DNA from: Strigamia acuminata
Taxonomy: Eukaryota
Assembly (NCBI GenBank): GCA_949358305.1
Contig: OX442314.1
Coordinates: 16,554,001 to 16,618,000, forward strand
Direction: 5' to 3'
Length of the DNA stretch: 64,000 bases
Below are positions 1 to 11,900 of this stretch, one piece after another. A program made the translations under genes and the position numbers. The notes beneath the pieces were generated by a model. It saw nothing but the letters and a program-made list of their open reading frames with translations. It ran no database searches and was not told the origin of the DNA. The number at the start of each line of letters is the position of its first letter. Position 1 is the stretch's first letter.

Positions 1-350
1 TATTAAGTGATTCAGTTAACAATACTACTAATTTATTGGATAAGTTATCTTCAACATTTTATTTATTTTATATTACGCAGGTTTTTCTTTTCTCTCCGTG
101 TATAACTCTTGCTTATCGATTATCTAAGTCTGAGGATTTAATAACAAGGAGTTTTCAATTCTTACCAACAGAGGTCGTAAGACAGAATTGTGTTTCCGCT
201 TCCGTTATTCATGTTTTCAAATTTGTGTCCCATGTGCCCTCACTTACCGGTCTTCACGTGGAAGTTATAAGCGTAAATTCTCTATATATTAATTATCGTT
301 CTGTATTAATGTTATTTTCAATTTGAATATTTGGTTATTGCAGATCTGAA

Positions 351-2871
351 ATGGATAGCGAATGTTTCAAGAAACTCGCAAAAATATTACCCGCTTCCTA
401 CGTCCAGCAAGCAGAAAATGCACACAGGACTCGACAAAAGCAATTTCGGATTCTGTTAGAGCAAGTATGGGAAAATTGAGACATCTCTCGTCATTTGTTA
501 ATTTAATTAGCGTTTAATTATGTTAGAAAAAGCTTCCCGACTACGGCTGGGACGATGGTGTTATCGAACTATTTATCCACGAATTGGCGTTACTGGACAG
601 CAATAATTTTGAAGGAAATATTGGTGTTGGAGAAAGAGAAGCTAGAATCTATTCGAATTTAGTTGCAGCTCGTCATTACAGGTATACATTAATTTAGATA
701 ATCAAAAATTAATTTTGGAGTAAATTATCCTAATAATACCTCAAAACTCACTCAAAACATCCTAAAAACTTCCAAAACACACTCACAGAATCGTAAAAAT
801 TCAAAAACTTTAAAAACATCTAAAAATAATTACGTAAAGCATCTTAAACATCCTAAATTATTTTTATTTCAGGCTAGGACACGGTATTGGACGATCTGGT
901 GATTTAGTTGAGTCGCAACCAAAAGCAACAGGATCAAGCACATTAAATGTTCTTACAAATTCACTCGTTCGAGATGCTATTAAAATAGCTGGTAAGAAAT
1001 GACTAATTTTTTTATAACAATATACGGTATACCATTAATTTATTCATTTGTACAGGAATTACAAACACTGAAGCGTGTTTTGTTGCACCTGTTGCTACAG
1101 GAATGGCTCTAACGTTATGCATGTTGTATTTACGATCTCAAAGACCACAAGCAAGATATGTCATTTGGCCGCGAATCGATCAAAAGTCTTGTTTTAAATC
1201 CATTATAACCGCTGGTATTTATTTCAAATACATAAATAATTCAATTAATTGATTAATTAATTCTTTTGTTAGGTTTTACGCCAATTATTATTGAAAATGT
1301 ATTGGATGGTGACGAACTCCGTACAAACATTGTCGAATTATCGAGTAGAATTGAAGAACTTAAAAACGAGAATATTTTATGCGTGTTAACGACAACTAGT
1401 TGTTTTGCACCTCGAGCTCCGGACAAGTATGCTTTAAATCGTCATGCTGTAGAGCGTTTTTATAAAAATTGTAAACTATTTTTTTTTGTATACAGAATAG
1501 AAGAAGTTGCAATTTTATGCAAAACAAACAACATTCCACACATAGTTAATAATGCATACGGCTTGCAGTCGACTAAATGCACTCATTTAATACAACAAGT
1601 ACCATTTATCACATATTTTTCTTTTATTTTCACCGTATTAAAAGAATCGTTGATGTAGGCATCTCGAGTTGGAAGAGTAGATGCGTTCGTTCAAAGTACG
1701 GATAAAAATTTCATGGTTCCTGTAGGTGGCGCAATCGTTGCAGGATTCGATAAAAAGATAATTGCTGACATAAGTAGAATGTATCCAGGTAAGAAGCCGA
1801 GATTTCCCAGAAGACAATTTGGAATTTTTATGTTTGTTTATTATATTTTAGGTCGTGCTTCAGCCTCACCATCTTTAGACTTATTTATCACATTATTATC
1901 ACTCGGCTCCGAAGGGTATCGAAAGGTTCTTGACGAGCGGAAACAGGTTTTCAACTATTTAAGGGACCAATTACGTAAATGTTGCGAAGCGAATGGGGAG
2001 AAGTTACTTCGCACGCCGACTAACACCATATCCCAAGGTAAATTATTAGTACTAAGGTTGTCAGCATTGGTGAGGTCATTGCGAACTTTATGGCTCCTTG
2101 AGGTAGTCATTTAACTGCTCGCTGCAGATGGAAAAAGTCTAACGGATCTCTGCAGTAAAAAAAATCATGAAACTTGATGATAGCCGCAAGTTCTACAAAC
2201 TTTGTTTCAAAGTGAGAGAAGCTGAATCGTTGCATATTAAAAGAGAAAACGAAAAAATAAAAAAATAATACGCTATATTTATTTTTATTTTTAGCAATGA
2301 CACTCAACACTTTGCCACAAAATGACAACGATTCAGTTACAAAATTAGGTTCGATGTTGTACACGCGGTGTATATCCGGAACACGGTAGGATGATTTTTT
2401 TGATTTAACCCTAGTTTAGTGGTTTAGTTCAGGACTTCTTAAACTGTTGTTTTAAAATAAGTAATATTTACAAGTGGAAAAAGTTTAAGATGCTCTGGTT
2501 TAGTTGCAAAAGGTCGGTTTGCTTTGCTTGATGTTTTATTTATTAATGATTGGTGGCGGGATTGATAATTAGTTTGATTTGTTTGATGATTTAATGAGAG
2601 GGTTGTAGGTGGTGGGTGTTGCATGCTGCCGTGCGGGCGCGATTGATTCGCAGAGAGCCGTGACTAAAATTTACCGTTTTATAGAGTGGTTGCACCTGGA
2701 TTGAAGAAAGAAATTAGTGGTACCTCATTTGATCATTATGGATCTCATTCCAAAGACAGTATGCCACCGTATTTAACTGCAGCTGCTGCTATCGGTATGA
2801 CTTGCAGTGAGGTAGATATTTTTATTAAAAAGTTGAACAATGTTTTTTCGGAACTGAAGAGAATTAAGTAG
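351..2871 (+). CDS. SEPSECS: O-phosphoseryl-tRNA(Sec) selenium transferase (SepSecS), 10 coding exons, 465 aa
   Basis: Exons 351-464, 527-681, 873-991, 1056-1214, 1273-1426, 1496-1598, 1659-1788, 1852-2037, 2295-2385, 2685-2871. All introns are GT-AG, phases are consistent, total 1398 nt ending in TAG. The translation has the family motifs [64 protein letters not shown] (PLP-binding Lys), YPGRASASP and [10 protein letters not shown]. An acceptor (TTATTGCAG, ending at 343) lies just upstream of the ATG, implying a 5' UTR exon. Confidence 0.97.
738..858. repeat. Degenerate repeat of about 10 bp (AAAACATCCT-like) in SEPSECS intron 2
   Basis: Recurring TCAAAAC / AAAACATC / CTAAAAA units, which explain why this intron (191 nt) is longer than its neighbours of about 60 nt. 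Confidence 0.45.
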
Positions 2872-5800
2872 CAAAAGACTTGATATAGAAAATACACGTT
2901 TTTGTTTGAGTTTGTGCCGTGAAATTGAAAAATGAGAAAATGGGATTGCGTATAATAAACAAACGGAGGAAAATAAATGGATGCTAAGACGTGTCAATCA
3001 TTTGTCAACTCACAAAGCATTCAATTTATGTTTGTTTGGTTATTGATTTAGATTGTCACGTTGTTGCAAGAAAGTTTGCAAGCGGGTTATGCAATGCAAG
3101 TGGATTTAATCCAATATTACAGTTGGGAGATTATTTCTATTTTTATTTTTTATTTTTTATTTTTTTTTTTATTGTCGGTGATCGATAGTCGATCAGAAAA
3201 AAAAATTGTAAAAACAAATTCGTTTTTTTTTCTTCAGTAATAAACAGTGAAGGAAAATAAAAATATTTGAAATAGGATTAGGTTGGAAAAGCGTAAGAAA
3301 TAATTAAATCTGTTTAATTAGATTAATTAATTGGGTTTCCAATAAACTTTTAATACGGATTTGTTTTCCTCACTCAGCGAGGACTCGAGATATTGTCGAA
3401 GTGTTGTCAGCCATATAAAATTGTCATTAGAATTTCAGACCACTGTAATATTAAGGGGGGGAAAGTGTCTGCACATGACAGCATTTTGATTTAAGAAGCA
3501 ATGTGAAACTTGGCACCAAACTTGCACACATCAAGGCGAACGAAGACTGAGGGAGCGGAAGAAGAATAAGAACGGGGAAAAAAAATTGTTTTTACTTTGG
3601 GAAAACCTTTATTATGCCATCAATTCGAAACTTGTTTCATTTCACAGCTCTTCCAAATTGAATGAAGAATTTTTCTCGTTAAGGACGGGATATTGAGGAA
3701 AATTTAAGCTGCATATGAAACACGGCAACATCTCCATTTGCAGCATCGTTGGCGATTTAATAGTATACTCGAGCGTAATCTATTGTCTCGTATCGTTTGA
3801 TAAGTAAGACCGTGGCGGCCATCCATGGACCTATAACTTTAAATTCAACAGCTTACCATTCTTCCATTTGCTTTCTATCTGTTGCTCCATGCTCCAATGA
3901 CAGACTCTGCAATGGAACTGATAACATGCAGCTGTACGTTCAGCACTCTGCGTTCGTTCTCATCTCTAGGCAGTCATCACGGAGGCCGAGGTGAGGACGT
4001 AAATGCCATTAAAGCTGCCTATCTGTGCTTCCCTAGCTTGCTTATTGATTTGCCATTCTCATTGTCGGCGACATGCAGAATTATATGAAAAAGTTATCTT
4101 CTGATACAACTATCACACGCTGGCTGGCCTATCATAGCTTCAATTTCACTTTTTAAAACTTTTATTATTTTTATCTGCCATCTAAGTGGATTTGAAACTT
4201 TATTTTCAAACTTGATGACAAAACTATATTTGGTTTACTCTTGGCGGTGTCAAAACTCTAAAAGCTGCGCGGCGCTCTTTCAACTTTGTTGTGCATTTAT
4301 CAAGTTTCAGGTTTGAATCGAAACGGGAGCCTGAATTTTTTTTTATTTGTTATTTTAAAATGTTTCTTTTATTTTTGGCTTCGGGTGTTGCAATGCAAGT
4401 TTGCAGAACAAGTTGTTTTAAGTTTTTAATTTGATGTTGCGTCGGAAAGAAGTTTTTAATTTGTTTAAGTATGAGTAAAATTCTAGGAATCCATTCGTCT
4501 ACTTTGAATGAAATTTGTTTGGGCAGGGATGGTGCGCTGGAGTTCGGTAACGAGTTGGGCAGTTAATCGATTACGTTTGTTCCTCTGTTTCGTATTTTTA
4601 CCACGAGGGTTAATATTGTATGACCTTTGACTTGAACTTGCAGCAATGTGAACATTTGTCCACATATCTTCGCCCAACAACTTTAGATTTTTTTATTTTT
4701 TGAGTTTTCGACTTGAAAAGTTGAGGCAATTGCAGGGATTTAGATTCTCATTAATCAAAAATCGTTTGTTTGCTTCAGGATTTATTATTTTGACGTGTGG
4801 AAATTGATATTGATGCGAGCGAGGCGACTAATTGAGAGATTAGCGATCTTTTGTGCCGCATCATTGCGGGTAGTAATAAAAATTTAAATTCAGAAATGTT
4901 TGCATAAACAGATAAAAACGTTCTGGTTTCCAGACGCGAGAAATGTTGTCGTTGTCGGAGGAATCGTAATATTGTTTTATTTGATAAAAAAAAAGAGAAA
5001 AGAAGAAAAAAAGCCAGATTTCTTGAATGTTTCAATCTTTTAGCAGCCGGAAGGAACGGCTGAATGCGAAATATGCCACGTAAATTGTACATTTACCAGA
5101 ATAAAATTGACTGTCAATTCACTAAGTGACATACATGAGATTTTGAAGGGAGAAAAAATTTGCGAATTGTATAACGTAAAAGTCAATTTTCGAGCCACAT
5201 GCATTTCCACAGTGGATGCAGCTACTTTAAGTTGGCAGAATAGAAAATTCAATATTCCTCATACACTGACCTGTTTCAACCAGACAGTTTTCAATTTGGC
5301 TGACATTCTCAAATACTCAACAAGCCTACTTTTTCTATTTCCCTTTCTTATCCTCCCTTCGAGCTGGCCGAAAGAGGAAATGGTTCACAGATTTATTCTT
5401 CATTTGGGAAGGAAAGTTTACGTTTATTATTTTTTTTCTTCAAATTAATCTGTTTAGAGAACAAATCCTGATGACACATAATTTACAATCAATGGCCAAG
5501 CACTCCCAAGGACACATGTGTTTAATAATTTGTGTCTTGTTGTTGTTTTGGGATTAAATTAAAGACAGGAGGATGTGGCTGATGAAATTTGATGGCTTCA
5601 TTAAAATTTAATTTTATCAAAAACAACACAAAACTTTAAAGCATTTTTTTTTTTCCTTTTTTTTTTTTTATTTTATTTTTTTTTAATTTTTGGCTGCTGC
5701 ACAAACATTATCAATAGGCATTTCATTTTAAAATAGATAGTATCATACATTAATATTCTAATATAACCCCACGTATCTAAATATTTGCATTAGAATATGA

Positions 5801-5950
5801 GATCTCAATTAGGTCTTCCTGATTTCACATGACTTTTTGGTCATCTTATACAAAAGGCCACCGAATTGTTAACTTTGTCGTTGTTGTCTTGTCAATATTT
5901 TAGCACATTTTTAATATTTAACCATTTAGTTTGACTAGTATCGATTGATG

Positions 5951-8900
5951 CTAAGACATAGGCAGTTCTTTATCCATTTCGGTAATGTGATACGGATTGT
6001 TGTATGATGGTCCTGCTAGTCGTCTTTGTTCCAAAATCCTCCGCACGGTTTGTAAGTGATGTTTGATGTAGTCGACATGAGGTGCCATACTGGAAAAATA
6101 AATAAAGAAATTTTTTGTAATGTTTTTTTTTATTTTCTTGCTGGACACAATGTATTGGTGCTTGGCAGCACCACAGCTTTAACAATATTAAGCAAAAGGT
6201 ATTAAGTTTCTCTGTCTGCTGCTGGAATGTTGTGATTGGTTTGCAGAGATTGTGATAAGAGAGAAGGGAGATCACTCGACAGATGAGGCGTGGAATGAGC
6301 GGAGAGGAAATCTCCTGAATATTCACTTGGTACAACTTGTTTAGATGCATTCTATTATAGATTGGCTGTTGACTGTTTGAAGAGGATGAGGTAAACACGC
6401 TGCGTTTATTTTCTATCGACTCGGCGAGGATATAACGTGGGGAAATTAAACATTTGTGGTGTGCTGCTGATTTATTCCATTTCTACTGCTATATTAATTC
6501 GAAAAATTTAAATTTATATCCAATAACCTAAAAAAAAAATCAAACTATGCCAACCCAACCAAGAAAGTGATTGAATTAAATTACAGCCCAAATTTTATTT
6601 AGAAATTTTTATATATATAAAAGCGGGAACTGTTGAGTTGGTTTGATAGTAAATTTAATTTCTTTTTCTTTATGTTGCGCGTAATTTAGATGTGGGTGTG
6701 CTTTTGTCATCCATTGGGAGAATTCCTTTTGAATGGGAACGCAGGTGTAGAAGAAGATGATCCACCATCAAGTTGAAGCCGGTGTTCGTATTATGGCTTA
6801 AGCCCAAAGGGCCTAGTAGGGGTTGGGTTCGTTGTTGAAAAATTTTGTGGGGAACCTTTTCAAGCACTTTGCTAAGATGGTAACGCTAGTTTTGGGCCTT
6901 GGGGGTATTTTTATGTTACACGTTAAAGAATCCTTTTAAGTTAGGAGGGTGGTGCTTTGAGCTTTTCGTTGGACTTTTATTACACCTTTTAGCCGAACAA
7001 TTGTCATTTTCAATGATAAATTATTATTATAATTTATTTTACCGCCTTATTTCATCAAGTGCAATATGGTTGCTATTATTTATGTTTCTGTTAAATGTAG
7101 CACAATGCCCGCTACTTTCCTGATTGTTTTCCACCAACTTTGAACATTCCTTGGTGGGAGGAAAGAAAGTATTCGGTTTGGTTGCAATTGCAAGCACCAC
7201 TTTTTCAACATTTTTGTTTCCCTTTCGTTGTGTTGCAATTTATGTTGCGTGTTTTATTGTTTCTTGATATTTTTTCCCCCTTCAACTTTAAGTGCGACTT
7301 AAATGGAATGTCATAAAATGGACTTGACGGAAATTTTAATTTAATTATGTGCTTATGTACTTATCAATTACATATTTATAACACTGCGGAAACATTAGGT
7401 GCGTTCAAATTGGTTAAGCAAATACTTAAAGCTTACTTAATGAATAAAAATAAATGAAGTAAATGACTTAATTGAATGCTTCTAAATGAAATATTAATAT
7501 TACTAATGCGCGGGCTTGTGCGCAGATGACATATGAGAACATTGAAACATTGTTGTTATGTAAAAATCATCGTATCTGGTAGTGAAAACGAGGTTATCAA
7601 CATTTAAGTGGATTTATCTTACCCAATTTGAACGCGCCTATTGTGTTTTTATTGAATTAAGAATTTGGTGATATGTTGTGCAAGTTTGAGGTACGGTGCA
7701 GGCTTTTTCTGAATGTTGAAAGCCTGGTTCACACTTGCGGATACGCCGCGGAATTGTTGCATCCGGGGTTTGTTACAATGAGCTGTGATTGGCTGCGGGA
7801 AAAAAATCGCGCGGAAAAATAGAAATATTTCCTATTTTTCCGCACGATTTTTTTCCGCAGCCAATCACAGCAAACCCCAGCTGCAACAATTCCGCATGTG
7901 TGAACCAGACTTAATGAGAGACTGGAGACTGGATCAGTGATATTTACAAATTTGGAGATGAAAGAGAAAGTGCAGCAACACGAGTCACAAGGATATTCAG
8001 TGTGAGCAACGAACTTTTAGTAAAAAAAAGAAATTTTAAATATTAAGGTTGTTAAAAGGTTTGTACGGCACATTAAAATTGAACAGCGAACTAATGCGAC
8101 TGTTTTTAAGCAAAGTCGCTGCATTTAGGGAAATAACCACAGAAAATCAATTTGCCTACGTGCAGTTTTCATCTCAACACACTATACAACACAAACAATA
8201 GGACTGACAGTTTTCGGTGATGATTCGAAGTATTGTGGCCTTTTTTGGACAGAGTTTTGATTTAGTGGGCGCAGTGCAGTGTCAGGTGATTTCTCAGACA
8301 GGAGGCTTTTTGCGCCAGGCGAAATACTTAAGTTTCTAGCCAGCAGTCTTCTCAAGACTTGGCTGAAACCCTGGCCAACAAATTTATGCTCTGCTTTATT
8401 AACGACTCAACCAGCGAGGAGTTGTTGTCAATCTGTACACGTGGAAAGCTATTTCACCAACTGAGATTAAGTGTTATCAGACTGCATGAAGGGAGAGCCA
8501 GAAACAGGAAATTCAGTAGTGAATTTGATTAGATTTCGTGTGTTAATTCGGCGTATAGTTGATATAATTGTGTATGGTAAATGCAATGAAACAGTGAAGG
8601 GAAAACCGAGGAAAGCAGCTGTAAAAAGCCAAGACACACGAGACACTTGTTTTATTGGAGTGTGCATGCGTGTTTTTCGGGAGTAAAAGTCGTGTCAGCG
8701 GCTGCTAGCACTTTCGAAAACTAGGGAGCGCTTTCAAGACTGTTAGTTGGCTGTGTTGGTATGGCCTGTTAAACGGAGATGCATTTTTGTGGCTTTGTAA
8801 ATGATTGATTTGAGCGTGCGGGTTGATGTTTAGACGCTCGGTGTACTCGGATTACCGGCGTATGTAAACTTGCAGCAGTTTATTTATTTATTCGCAAAAA

Positions 8901-11900
8901 AGGCCAGAACGGGTTTATTCGCTGAACACAGATAAATTAAATGTGATTTTTCAATACTGCTTGAAGAAAAAAAATTCGGATTTAATCGGAAGAAGTGTAA
9001 AAAAGATTAAAATACTGTAGGTATTTTTGTTTATTTTATTTTATTTTATTTGTTTTTGAACCCGTTTTTTTTCTTTCAAATCAATGCCAAATGCGAACAA
9101 CTATGGCCACTTAATGAAATTTGCAGTTCGCGTCAATCGCGAACCAGCCTTCATCCTGGCATAAAATGTCAGCGAGCAGAGTAACAAAAGGCTTTGATAT
9201 TAGAAATTTATTACTTAATGCCGAGGGAAAATGCCCTGGTAGCAAATTTTTTTATCACTGGTTCCCTGGCACCAGATTTTTTTTCCTTTCCTTTTTTTTT
9301 TTTTTTTTTTTTTCCTTTCTTTAGGGGTTTCTCCTGTCAGCACATGGAATATTTACAGAACAATTAGCAAAAATGTGATAAACGATAATTAATTTCAAAT
9401 TTGCACTTGATGAGCTGAATCATCTAAATTTTCGAGATGATTTGCATATTTATAAGCTGTGAAGGTGTAAATCATTATTTTTCTATCGGAAAATTAGACA
9501 TAAAATGCCTTTGGTGGTGTATAATTTATTGTTTTATGTGTATCCGCATTTGTTATGCACATGTTTGAGGAATAAATTGCCTTTACCTGACTGCTCTTAC
9601 AAAACACTGCTCCGCAGCTTCCAGGTCACCTCTCTCGACGTATATTACACAGAAATTGTGATGTCCTTGGATATGATTTGAGTCGAAAGCAAGAACGCGA
9701 CGATAACACTGTAACATCAACAACACATTTAGTTTGTTTATACTGCATTCGTAAATTGGAGATGGAAAAACACTAACCTGTTCTGCCGCGTCTAGATCAC
9801 GTATGTTATTGACATATATATCTCCTAGTAAAATGAGTCCTTTAATGTGATCTGGATGGTTCTGCGAGAAAAACAGAAATGGGAAAAAAATTATAAAATG
9901 TCATTTGTAGTTTTAGTTCCTTTTCCCAAAAGAAAAATTGAAACCAATGCACATTTTATGTGCTTACTGATGATACCTTTAATAGTTGATGAAGAAAGGG
10001 AGCTGCCTCGAGAGGTTTCTTTTTGTGAGATAGGAGAAGCGCTAAATTATAAAGGGCACTTCGGAAATCTTCTTGTGCCTGTTGAGAGTAAAAATTCAGT
10101 CCCAACTCGTTACAGAGAAAGAAAGAAAGAAGTCGGTAAACAATATTTTTTAACATAAATTTTGTCGGTTTTTTAAAAAAAAAAAACATTTGTTACAAGA
10201 AACTCGCTGTGTGGAAAAAAAAGCAAGTAAGATTTTTACATATCGTTTTATTTTGTTAACAAATTTTTATGTAACGATCATCAGCTATAGCCAGCAGCCA
10301 TGATCAATAGCCGGTTGGAAAAGCTTTTGGAGTTTGTGTAAACATCTAAGCAAATGGGTAGTTTTGCGAGCGCTTTTGTGCATCAAATATGATGTATTAT
10401 AGCGATTTATATGGAGAGATGATGACTGCAACTAAAGGACTATTTAATTCGAGTATTTTAAATGTATTTTTAATGTTTAAATCACTTAAACATTGTTTAT
10501 AGTTTGAAATTTTATGGGAAAACTATGCTTTAAATTTATTTAAACGACTTTTTGAGTATGATATGTTGGAAAAATTCGTTATAACGAGTTTGGGTTGTAA
10601 CAAATTTAATTTTTGATTTTTTTGTTAAAAAATATATAAAATGATTGGTTGGATTTAAAAATTGAAAATTACTTGTACGGCTTTTCGAAGCCATCTTTCC
10701 GCATTTTCTAAGTCGTTGTCGTCTATTGCTAGCATTCCTAAATTCAAGTAAACTTTTTCATTTCCATGTCCTTTTTCTATCATCCGAAGTAACCTAAAGC
10801 AAACGAGAAAGGAAATTTTAATAATAAAGGAAGAACCATTCTACGAAATAATTGGACAAATGAAACATTAATCAACTTTTTCCCTTAACTTTTTAAAAAT
10901 ATATCTATTTGACCTGTAGCATTACATTATTTAGAGAATGCGCAGAAACTAATGTTATTACTTTTTTAAATTGCAACCCGAATTAAGACTAATTAATATT
11001 TACCTTTGGTGTGCCGTTTTTCTCATCTCAGCGTTACCAGTTTCCTGAATTAGAATTGCAGAATTCATCAGAGCTTCCTAAAAATAAATAATTAAATAAA
11101 ACGCTAAATCCCATTGCCTCACTGTGTGATAATCCCACTCACAAACACGAAATGACAATGACTTTTACTGTTAGATAACTATATTTTTAAATTTAATTCT
11201 AAATATTTGAAATGTGCCGGAATGGCTGCGCTATTTTCAGTTATAGTGGAAGCTCCGTTAGAGTTACGAGTTTTCATGAGGGAAAAGTACTAAATATGTA
11301 ATTATTTCATTTCTTGACGGGTTGGGAATGCAAACTGTATCAAAATTTGAGCAAAAGTAACTGCTAGACAGTACGATTTGCCAATTAAGGATGAAAAATA
11401 TATATCTATATTTATTTGGTGGGAAAATCGACTTACTTTATGGTCGGGGTCAAATTCCAGTGCTTTATTAAGGTAAGCCAATGCTTCGGTTGCTCTGCCT
11501 TGCTCCCACGACACCACGCCCAGCTTTAAGTTCAAGAAAAGGGGTTACGGTTTATGAATCTGTCTTACTTCCAAATGAGTTAATTTAATGAGAAAAAAAA
11601 ATATTTAAAATTATAATCTTACGTTATAATAAATATCAGGATTTCTACTGTCATATCTGAGCGCCGTTTCATAAATTTCCTGCGCCTCTTTTGTTCTGCA
11701 AATAAATTTATTCATCACATTTAAAATGGCCGTGCTGAAAATTGCTAGTGATAGATTTGCTATGTAAGATTACCTGTTCATTTTAATTAGAATATCACCA
11801 CGGTTTATGTATGCATGTGTGTAATCGGCTCGCATTCGAATGACTTGTAGATACAACTGTAATGCAAGGAGGGAGACTTTAATTTTTTTTTCTTTTCTTT

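Noticed and set aside
1266..2114. ORFs 1266-1658 and 1713-2114 as separate genes
   Set aside because: They are SEPSECS exons read through in-frame introns.
2174..2225. TTGATGA...CTGA in SEPSECS intron 8 as a box C/D snoRNA
   Set aside because: Only about 52 nt long, with no terminal stem and no rRNA-complementary guide that I recognise.
2872..3400. SECIS element in the SEPSECS 3' UTR
   Set aside because: The CDS has no in-frame TGA and ends in TAG, and I see no convincing AUGA/AA/GA stem-loop.
4483..4680. Minus-strand 65-aa ORF as an alternative last exon of TMTC3
   Set aside because: The upstream AG follows an A-rich stretch with no pyrimidine tract, there is no recognisable homology, and exon 6089-5951 already completes the last TPR.
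9847..10158. Plus-strand 103-aa ORF
   Set aside because: Antisense shadow of TMTC3 exons 18-19 with no recognisable domain.
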